Source: Marsupella aquatica (lineage: Eukaryota > Plantae > Marchantiophyta). Taken from it: a stretch of 64,000 nucleotides of DNA. The stretch spans positions 21,639,619 to 21,703,618 of the forward strand of contig OZ316892.1 in the NCBI GenBank assembly GCA_973895155.1, read 5' to 3'. Below, piece by piece: positions 49,483 to 59,569 of the stretch (within the stretch, counting starts at the first letter, position 1; every line of letters begins with the position of its first letter). Made by a program: the position numbers and the translations under genes. A model generated the notes under the pieces. It saw only the letters and a list, made by a program, of their open reading frames with translations. It had not been told where the DNA came from and ran no database searches.

Positions 49483-51732
49483 CGGTGGTGGAGGGCCGCT
49501 CCTTTCAAGGAGGGCAGACGTGGAGGGAGGAGGCGTGAGTGGGCAGGGCGGGCTCAGATCTCTAAGTTTAGGATTAGGATCAGGACTAGGAGGCGGCCCT
49601 GACACTTAGCTTAGTGGGATTGCGGTTCCACTGGTAAGAGCAACACTTGTACTCCTGCCTCGCTGTACATAGGTAGATTCAGTTAGGTAGATTTAAGCTT
49701 ACGCTGCAAGGAATTAGGCGGATCCACTACCAGGATAAGTACCTGGGCAGCAGGGAGCTCAGGGCCTCTTCTTTAGCAAGTTTTTAGTTGCACCAGCCGG
49801 GCTGGGATCAAGTAGTCAGAGAAGCTCTCGGTTAGTCATACAGTGATCCTTGTGTATATTCATGTTTCCTCATGCCTAAGAGCTGAATAGAGTTGGCCTC
49901 ACGGCTTAGTTCGCAGAGCTTGTGTATAAGATATACTGTTTGTATGGCAAGTGCATGGTATGACTCAGTCAGAAGGAGTCATTTTGCTATTTGTGTGTCG
50001 CATTAACTTGTGTGAAGAGTGCCCACATCAACTAATAGAGGAAGGAAAGTAAGCAAGAGAGTGAGAGTTGGATGTGTCGAGCTGAGAGAGGTCTTAGCGG
50101 CTTAACCAAGCCTATTGGGGATCATTCCGGCGGCGGAATCCAAATATACCTAACAAGACGGAGGGGAAGACAAGGGAAGGCCTAGATTAGGCCGGCTACG
50201 TATCTCATGACCCGATGAAGGATCTGTCCAGTATATGTGTGTAAAATGTTAATAGTAGTAGTAGAAGGAGGTTAGCAGCGTCCCATGCCGCTAAGCCGCG
50301 GAAACGGCCTCGCCAAGCGCAAAACCCGCAGGAATCGGCTTGTGAAGGGGGGTTTCTGGGGTTTAGGGAGCCATGGGACGCACCACAGTAGCCACCGGCT
50401 CATCCTTAGTTAACAAAAGCGGGAACCGGAACTTTGTATTGCGATGGAGGAGTGGGTCCAACATCACCATCTTCACTGTCAGATATGTCAACAACAACAA
50501 CAGGAATGTTCCCAACTGCTGGTTTCGGAGCAACACGTCTGACATTAAGCGTGTAACTAAGCCCGACATTCATATGCCAAAAGCGTACTCCCTCATCTAC
50601 ATTGAATGCCGCAGCCCGTTGAAGTTCTCCACTCGTCGATTCCTGCGGAATAATGGATTCAATATCATTCATCCTCAAATCAAATCTCCCGCAAAGGTAG
50701 GTTTCACTAACTTGCTTGTAAGCATCAAAAACTTGCACAGGGATCTTGACGACGTCTCCAGTACAAGCACGTGTAATTACAATTGAGCGAGACATTGTGG
50801 AGAAAATGAAGGAATCAACAAAGCGAATTCCTCCCAAATGGAATGCTTATACTAATGCGTGAAGACGACTGACCGTTATAAAAGTCGTTTAAATACGACA
50901 TAGAATTGTGTCCGTTGAAATCATAAATGTAGAGTTTGTCCTTTTTGCCCCGGTAAGTGCGGGTGTCAAGGATATTTATTGTGTCAAAATGATTACATAT
51001 AGGCCAAGGTAATTCACATGATTTCAGCAGCGCTTGGCGCTACCAAAAATTCCAGCATTTATAAGGTTAGAATTCAGTCACACACCAGACTAGCGCCGGG
51101 CGCTAGCATTGCGGTGGACACCAATAAGTCTTCCTTTTTGTATCTAAAAAACCAATATCGTCCAAATTTAAGCACAATTCAGGGACATATGTACTAGCGT
51201 CGGGTGCTAGTATTGGAACACCATATTTAAGGACCAAATGTGAACGAAATTAAACTTCCTATGCCTAAAGTTCTTCATTTTCAAAAAATTTCACATAAAC
51301 TGGGACCAAAAACAGAACCGTGAATAGCCCACGGAATGGGTAGCGCCGGGCGCTATCTATTGAACACATTTCACTTTATGACCAATGTGGGTAAAGTTTT
51401 ACTAGCGCCCGGCGCTAGCAATGCATTGCCAAGTTTCAGTAGTATGGTCAACGGTAATATTTAACGGTAACTACGGTTAGCGTGATCTTCACAAAAATAG
51501 TTTAGCGGATTTTACATTAATATTTGTCATAGTTCTTAGATTGTCGCTTTGTTTTAACGATAAGTACTACCCAATTTCATCGTAACGTCTCTTAAATAGA
51601 TTGCATGGAGGGAGATAGCACTGATCAATCGGGTATAATACTCCATCAACTGTTAATTTGGTACGGAGATTCAGTACTCGATCGTGAGATTTGTAGTGTA
51701 CGACTATTCGTACAACCCTCATTGCGAGAGAC

Positions 51733-54700
51733 GATGGATGCAGTCCCCTCCTTGTCGAGGGGGTCTAGTGTTGTTGGGGATCATGATCGTGGCTATTGCA
51801 AGTCTTCTAAGTCTTCATTTTCAGGTTCAGTGTATACACGTCGAGTGACAAGGTCAAGCGCATCGCTTGTTCCCATCTCAAGTAATTCGTTTCCAAAGCC
51901 GACACGAAAAAAGATGGAGAATGTTGACACATTTGCAATCGGAGATGTCTCGTTCTCGGAGACCGACCTTATTTTGAAACATGTCCTGTTCTTTGGGAAG
52001 GATTTCCGAGGGTTTAACAGAGCCTCCTAGGATTCCGCTATGTCGGTTGGTGCACATGGAGGTCATCCGCACTTTGCAGAAAGATAGCTCCTCCATTGAC
52101 AAGTTGAAAGATTCTTTTTGTAGTATGGGATACAATTTGTCGATAGGAAATGAGGTTTTATGTTCAACCGACGGACGCTGACGGTGTGACGCTCACTTGC
52201 ACACAGGAAATTTGTGATAGTTGGGATCCAATATGGATATCCAAAAACAAAAAGTTCGAGGAAGAATATGCGGCAGACCCCGATTTTCTTGTTCTGAAGG
52301 ATAAGATGTTCTCAGTTTTTGACGGGAACCATCGGTTGTACTCCTAGATGCTTGTCACTAAGGAAAATCCAAAAAACACAAAATACCACCCACGAGTGCT
52401 CTGTACTGTCTTCAATGGGGACAAGGGTTCACTGATTGAAATTGAAGCGGCGATGCACACCATGAACCAGTAAGTTTGTCTTTTTAGCATATCTTGGAGA
52501 GGAATTGTTTTATGAGCGCCCGACGCTGCTTAAATGTTTTTCTAATTGCTTTCTTTTCCTTCAGGCTTGGACAAGCCATGGTCAAACCGTCATGGATCCT
52601 TGACGCAGATCGAATCAAGAGGATTTTGATTCACAACCTGGAGTACTATAGTAAGCTCATCGACCCTGCAAATTATAAGAAGTTTGAGAAGATCAGGCTG
52701 AAGACGTGGAAAGGATCCTGGTACACGAAGAAGATGCCTCAAGAGGCTCTTGTGTATATTCTATGTGAGAATAAGATTAAATCATATTCTAACCAGTTCA
52801 AGCTTGACATGGAGTCCGCTGCGGCCCTAGGTACCCCTTGGTCGGCCGAGGAGGTTTCCACAAGGCATGCCATAATGATGAAGGAGGCCACCAAGGAGTG
52901 GGCAGTGAAAACATCAAAAATCACTCCTTTGTTGAGTCCAAATTTGAGGACTTTCTGTCTATGTGCGCAGAAATGTATGTTGTGACAGAGAGAAATAAGT
53001 GAGAGAAGAAACCAGATACCATCTTGTGTACGATGGACCAAGCCTGGAGGCTTTTTACTGCTGTTTCTGCACTCGACCCCAAGCTCAAGAGTACTTTGCT
53101 TGTCGCCCATTGCAATCCTGAGCTCCGAAGGCAATACTTCCATCCAAACAGCGTCAATGATGATCCAGTAAAATAGTGGTGTCATACCTGGATTACGTGG
53201 AACAATGTAGAGGGGATTGTAGTGGGGATGTTACAGTGTGCTTTGAGAGAGGTCCAACAAATCATTCCCAAGAATCGCTTGCAAGCTTGGGCATGTGAAT
53301 CTTTTGAAGCTCTCATTGATATAGTTACTAATGATTTCAAGAGATATGGAGACTTGGTGAAGAGTAAGTTTTTTAATACAATGTGGCCTTCAAAGTATCC
53401 GCACAAAGAGGACTACTCTTTGAAGAACCAGAAGCGAGCAAAAAGGTACCTCTACCAATTTTACATCCACATGGAAGTAACTAGACCTGATTACTTCTGG
53501 GCATATCCCGTCGCTTTTCAGAAGTGGACAGTAATATCAGCATGTGACAATTTATGTGATTTGTACTCTATGTACCCCGCGGAGGGAATTTTCCCAGCGA
53601 GACCTTTAAGTGAATGGGAGAGAACCCACTATCCATGGTACCTAGATACAGACAGATGGGACTCGCCCTTTGATCACCGAGAAAAGGATGCTTTCCACAA
53701 GCTCTCTAAGTCCCAGATACCAGTCAGTATTGTTTCTGACATGAAGCTGCATGGACTAGCGGACAATGTAGATAAGTCCACAACAGAATTGCAAATGAAC
53801 TGTGAGACGACAGTTGTTCACGTTGACCGAAGCCGAAAGCCTCGCGCAAAAGGGAAAGTTGATACTGCTGTCCCAAGTGAATCAACAAGGTCCGGGAAAA
53901 AATGTAAGTATAATTTTTAGTTCTTTGGTTAGCGCCTGGCGCTGCTATGCCATTCAATATATGTTAGATTGCATTTGTCTCATTTGTTCCATAAATAGAT
54001 ATATTTCCTTCCATCTCTTCAAGAAAGTTTGGCCAGCGCTGGGCGTTAGTATACTTTGCATTTTTCATACGCTCAAAATCTAACATCGCCTTCCATTTGA
54101 TCAGGGAGAAAGTCAGACGCCATCGGCAGTGGCGATACAAAGATAGATGCCACCCCAGAGGCATCTGAAGCCAATACAGGGCCTCCATCTGACCCACTTA
54201 CACCCGTCGAGAAAGGGAAGTCAATTGCTCCAGTAGATGCGGTCAGTACTAGAAAGAAGCAAAAAAGGGCAATTGAAGGTGGATCCTCCTCCGCTCGGGA
54301 AAGTGCGGCTGCAACGGGTGTTCAACGTGAAGTTGGTGACTTCAAAAACACTCTTTCAAGGCATTGCATGGTTGAGTCTAGCATCTCAGAATTCTATGAC
54401 ACAACGTTCAACAAAGAGGAGAAGCCTGACTGGGTAAATGGTGTAGAGAAATGGGCAAAGGACCTCATGAAGTCGGGATATCGAGACAAGGGAATTGTCT
54501 ATGGGGGGAAGGAAAGATCCCTTGGAGTACACGCGGGATTCATTTACCTTCCTACGGGTCTGAAACCATCACTGCTAGACAGAAAAGTCCCAAAATGGAA
54601 TACCCCTGACCACACACTGGTAACATCATTCTTTTGTGGAATGGACCCATTTTTATCAGATGACGGAATGCTAGCAGTTTTGCATAATGGGGAGTACGAT

Positions 54701-55875
54701 CCTATGTCTCAGGTTATATCCGCATGTCAGGAATCGAAGAAGTTTCATTGCATCTCCACACACAATGTTGTTATGTCAGTTCCTATGTACGCGCCGAAGA
54801 CTGACTGACAGGTAAATTCCAAGACATGATCTCTATTTTTTACACTCAAAAATGTGTATGAATGCAAGGAATGACATATCATTCTTGGTTTATCTCGCAG
54901 ATATTCACGCTCAGGCTAGACATCTTTTGCCGAGTATCTCAGAAAGGGAAAGTACCCAAGGACTTGAGGTTTAGACCTCTGTCTATTACAGAAGATCCCT
55001 CCATCACTAATTTAATTGGGCTTCCAACTCTCAATATAGATCCAACACCTGAGATGGAATTCGCAGGGAATGCCCGTTTGTCGGTTGGATTCATGCAGTC
55101 TGTGATAGAGCTCATCACTCGGCCTCGGGATATTTTCATAGATTGGACAGTTGGTTCAGGTAGCTCTTTCGTAGCTGGAGACTATTCTCGGAGGTTTGTA
55201 GTTGGACTGGAGAATCGGAAGGATTTTGTTGAAACTGGTTCCAAGGTGTTCTTAAATCTACTCTCTTCTAAGGAAGTAGAAACCTTGCCTCCCCCAATTC
55301 AACCACCAGAAAAGAAAAAGAGGGACAACTCCGGTCTGTACTTAATTTTGACTCCGATGATGAGTCAAGTGGGGGGACAGCAGATGAAGTGGACGGGGAG
55401 ACAACTCAGGGGGGGTAAGGAGCAATCTGCTGGCGAGAGTGATAGCGATCACTCTTCTGAGTAATGTTCTGAAACTCGTAAGCTTCTTTCTCTTTTCCAG
55501 CTCCTTCATGCATTTTGTGCTATTGATTGTATCTTTCAATCGGTTGTCTTACTTGGTTATCTACCTAGGTCCGAATGGAATACCAAAAAGCGCTTCCAAC
55601 TCAGAAGAAAAGTTGCACGTTTTGAAATGGATACACCAGAGAAACCATTTGTTTTGCCGTCTTACGTTGAGAACACTGCAAGAAAGGAGGATAGTCAAAG
55701 GACTTTGTGTTGGGAAAACAAAGGTCTCCACCTTCAAAGAGGAGTTGACAGAAAGTTTGTTAGAAACCCGTATGTAGATGATGTTTCTAAGAGCAAGTAT
55801 GTCGATGATGAAGCAGTATCTACGGACAGATCACAGAGCTCTGAATCGGAAACTCAATCAGAAACCGATAATTGA
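51733..55875 (+). pseudogene. 5-exon ParB/Srx-like + DNA-methyltransferase-like fusion gene (copy 2) with several frameshifts and stops
   Basis: VFDGNHRL at 52315-52338, VHAGFIYLPTGL near 54530-54563, LITRPRDIFIDWTVGSGSSFVAG..RRFVVGLE near 55110-55213. Introns at 52470-52564, 53904-54104, 54812-54900 and 55478-55568 match copy 1. Start codon is approximate. Confidence 0.75.
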
Positions 55876-56565
55876 TGTATATTTCTTTTCCAACTTTTAC
55901 TAGCGTCGGGCGCTGTTATGAAAGGACATATATTTCATTTCATATGCTCATAATAAAATTCTAAAAACCACTTGTTGTCTTCAGTAGCGCCGGGCGCTGT
56001 TATCTCGGGGGGGTCACTATATGAAGGGTCATACATCACGTGCGATGGTTTGGGTCATTTATGACCCCCCTAAGTCACTTTCTAGAAAGTTGTACGGCAC
56101 CAATCATGTGATGACACGTATGCATTTTGCAATTAAACAACCCTATATTTCCATAGAAGACTTAATAAGTCTTCCGCCAAAACCATTTAAATGGCCCTAT
56201 ACTTTGTCGCACATGATATGCCACTTCCATGGAAGTGACCCCCCCGAGGCTGTTATCGAGATACATGTATTTCTTGTATAAAAGGTTTTAAATTGGTCTC
56301 TTCCTTTAGTAGCATCGGGCGCTCCCCAAATGTGCACGTTTTTCTTCGAACATTTACATCATAATATTGTTCATGCGTTCTATTGCCATCCTGTCGCCAT
56401 TCGTATATTGTCGTTATGTAATTAAGTCGGGTCTATTTCAAAATAATCGTATCGTGATTAGACTGTTGACTCAACGGTCCTCTACCCGTTGAAGCTCGCA
56501 TGTTATGGGTGTCCACCGATCACCGTCCTTTGGTAGTCACTATATCAACCTTTTGGAGTTACTAG

Positions 56566-56728
56566 GTCGATAAAGGTGCTGACCTTGTCGATAAAGGTGT
56601 GGACATTGTCGATAAAGGTGCAGACATTGTCGATCTGGTTGCGCACTTTAAGGCAAGGTGAGAACGTTGTCGAGCTGGGTGCGGACCTTAAGGCCAGGTG
56701 CGGACGTTGTCAAGCTGTGTGCGGACCA
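56566..56728 (+). repeat. Degenerating 19-21-bp tandem repeat (GTCGATAAAGGTG.GGAC.TT) upstream of ORF3
   Basis: About 8 units visible. Confidence 0.8.
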
Positions 56729-56729
56729 C

Positions 56730-57200
56730 ATGGAGAGGAAGGAACCAATGTCGTTGGACGAGATGCTTGCTTTCTTTAGTCCTTCCCGAGTTCGACCGGT
56801 GGAGAGCCACTTCAGCTCCTTCGAATCAGTTTGTGTCGACACTAAGACCGAGACATCGACTTTTTGGAACCGTAATTCTCTTCCTTATGACGAGGCGATT
56901 AGTCTTGGGGAGAGAAATATTCCGTGGATTGGCGACCGACAGACTCCACGCAAATTTGCGGATCGGTTCTCGTTTCATGAAGTCGTTCCTGCTGATGGTT
57001 AGCAGCCCATTGAACGTCGGGTGCAAGAGCGATTGGGGCGCATCGACTTCCTTAATGCAAATTTTCCGGGCCCCGGCCAAGCTCATGCTGAGCATCAAGT
57101 TCCCTCTTCAAATTATATTCGGCTCAGGGGTTTTGGATTCAAGAGAAACTACAAGCGGGCGAGGGCGGGAGTCGATGATGACTATCAATCACAGAGCTAA
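56730..57200 (+). pseudogene. ORF3 of Mutator-like copy 2 (156 codons, one internal stop)
   Basis: MERKEPM...ETSTFWN..DEAIS..IP...PRKFADRFSFH...G*..GRIDF. Homologous to 19464-19934. Confidence 0.6.
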
Positions 57201-58362
57201 AGGTGTTCCAATCGCAGGCGCTTAGGTTATTTTGGAGTGCATCCCTATGGCGATTAGGTTTCTAGGCAGTGATATTTACGCTAGCGCCGAGCGCTGCTAA
57301 AGCTGGATGCTTTCCATCTATGTTTTTCAGTACTGAATGTTTTGTTAGGATTTGGTCATCTGGGTAATCTGTTTTTGCCCATTTTGATAGGAAATGCTTT
57401 TTGGATCGACCCATTTTCCTCTCCATGGCGTTACACATGGAAGGGCGGGATGATTTGTAGTTTTAAGCTAGCGTCGGGCGCTACTTATACTCATTGCTTT
57501 CCGTCGCCCATGTAATCTTGGTGATATGTTTTTGCCCATTTTTGAAGTAAATGAATTTTGGATCGGCTCAATCTCCAATGTCTGGTTTTCCTCTCAATGT
57601 CGTTAAACATGGATTTTGGGATTTTGAGGTTTAAGCTAGCAACGAGATCCAGATATTGTTGTTGTATGACCCTGCCTCTGTTGATTTGAATTGCCTCATT
57701 TTCAGCCGCTCATTGTCTTCTCGATTGGGGTTACTTAGATTTTCGTTGACTTTTCCCTTCTTCTATGAAACCCTACAACCTTTCCATTCGCTTCATTGAT
57801 ACCAACGCTGGGTATTGGTAATCATCGCAAATTTGGGTCGGACTACCTGACGGGATATTTCCTCAGGAATGAGACGGTTTTAATGAAAATGACTCAAATG
57901 GGCTTTAATTTTGATTGTTTGGAATCCTTTTTTTGGTCCGATGTTTTTGGTTTTTACCTCCAATTCTCCTGGTAACGGTAACTGTTTCCTATTACTGTTA
58001 CTGTTTCTTGGTTCTTGCCTTTTGTAAATACCCCAAAAATGAGGTTTGGCTCGATTTCTGAGGTGCTGTTATTGCCCATAATGCTCTTGTAACAGGACCT
58101 TAATATATTTAGAGGTGTAAGAGATGTTTACTTTTATTAACTTTAGTAAAGTGAGGAGAATCTTCTGAACTAATGATCCAAATCTTGAGTGTGCATTCTT
58201 CCCAAATAATCTTTCAAAATTTACAAAAGGAAATTGTAAAGGGCAGTAAGTAGAGGGTAAAATCCATCCTTTCTTGGGGATTCGAGGCCACTTTGCTTAA
58301 GAGGAGATGGATTATCAAGCTTTAAATTGAGGTATTGTATGGTGCAAGCAACTAGGAGTATG

Positions 58363-58707
58363 GGTTGAGCATAGACGACAATCGCAATGGCAAGCCCATC
58401 AACCATCCAACGCACAAGAGTTGACTCAGAGAGATACGTGGTTCACCTCCACATGAGGCTACGTCCACGGGAACACACCGGAGCTTTACTGCACTCTAGG
58501 CCAACCGGCCATACCAAGCATCCACAACACAAGCTCTCCGTATCTCTCAACTGGCTCCGTAACAATGAGCCCGAGTTCTCCCTCTCCAAGCAAACACCGC
58601 TTGGGTATAGAGTGTGCACAGCATGACTAACCTAACCAAGTCTGTGACTAAGGTTAGCCTTACCTATGGTACAATCGTAACTCTAGACCTAAGAGTAAAT
58701 CCTAACA
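58363..58707 (-). mobile_element. Copia solo LTR (345 bp)
   Basis: Closely similar to 1567-1911. 5-bp TSD GTATG at 58358-58362 and 58708-58712. Confidence 0.92.
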
Positions 58708-59569
58708 GTATGGTGCTAGCAAGGAGTCAGAATATTGCTACCAAATCACAAGTTTGGTTATTAGTGTGTTTTGATTTTGTATTTATACTTAATTTCTAAG
58801 ATTCCATGTGGCTTTTTTTAGCAAACTAGCAAACTTGTGACTAGCAAACTAGCTAATTTTGATTAACTTTAGTACAAGTAAAGGGAAGTCCCAAAATTGG
58901 GTTTTTTTTATGACACAAAAGTTAAGATATTTGAACCGGCAAGTTTTGGCTTGCTAGGGACTAAGTCTAAGTTTGCTACTGAAGCGGTGTCCATTTAGCA
59001 GGGTTGTTTCCACATATGAAAAAATAGTACAGTACTATGAGAATTTTTTCCCTTTCAGTAGGAAATATTTTGTGTTTGCTCACACACTACAACTATCGGT
59101 TTAACTTGGCAAGTGCAAACTGGAGAAACTGTGGTTTAATTGGAGAATTCATGGCACTGCTCTATGCAAGCAACATAGTTATAATTTGGGGAACCCTGGC
59201 AGCCTGGCGAGGGGTTATGGCCAATGCCCTTCAACAAAAATACCAATTTCATGAGGAGGGTTTAAGTTGGGACAGTGTTATAGTGCGGAAATTAGTTTCA
59301 ACTTGCTATGCTGGTAATGTAGACATAGACAAAAGGCTTTGGGACAATTTCTTTCAATTGACTCATGCAGTTTACTGTGAGAATGCCTGATGTCTTGTGC
59401 ATGTTTGGAGTCCTTGATTGCCTCATAATTTTAGGTTTGGTCTTTGATGTTACATGCAAGTGCAACTTACTGTCGGGTGTAACTTGCTATTTTTACAACC
59501 CCCTCCTCTCTTTTTTTCTTTGTGGTTTCAAGAGAGGTACCCAGCTGTAACCCCTTTGCCAGTCTAGCC

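Larger units (their letters stand above)
45670..50387 (+). mobile_element. Solo-LTR-like element 2 (4718 bp) containing long ORFs
   Basis: Starts TGTGATGC and ends GCACCACA. 5-bp TSD GTAGC at 45665-45669 and 50388-50392. The flanks rejoin into the transposase. No terminal direct repeats seen. Confidence 0.82.
42351..50795 (-). pseudogene. GCM-like/MULE-DDE/SWIM transposase (copy 2) with stops and frameshifts, interrupted by 45670-50387
   Basis: ORF fragments 50406-50837, 45199-45627, 44875-45186, 44602-44832, 44032-44421 and 42351-43604 align with copy 1 (HIGEHNHP, SFDVMK, DNAQAGWIAVRNVF, DAFHFYQ, CSCEDFF..PCKHLYWV). Intron at 44082-43872. Confidence 0.82.
41647..58034 (-). mobile_element. 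Mutator(MULE)-like DNA transposon, copy 2 (about 11.7 kb without the nested insertion), inverted relative to copy 1
   Basis: Ends GGGTATAATAGCGGTGACAGGAAACAGG and (reverse complement) GGGGTATTTACAAA. 9-bp TSD AAAAATGAG at 41638-41646 and 58035-58043. Same three genes in the same arrangement as copy 1. Confidence 0.88.

Noticed and set aside
56658-57225. Programmed +1 frameshift in ORF3 (overlapping ORFs in both copies)
   Set aside because: A single frame aligns end to end in both copies with equal length, each with one premature stop at a different site. Simple decay explains it.
19083-57483. Palindrome series as a CRISPR array or bacterial REP elements
   Set aside because: Repeats are 15 bp, irregularly spaced (tens to thousands of bp) and located in spliceosomal introns, with no cas genes and a eukaryotic context.
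19400-58034. Copies 1 and 2 as arms of one giant inverted repeat or composite transposon capturing the host genes
   Set aside because: Each copy has its own termini and its own distinct TSD, and the two are substantially diverged.
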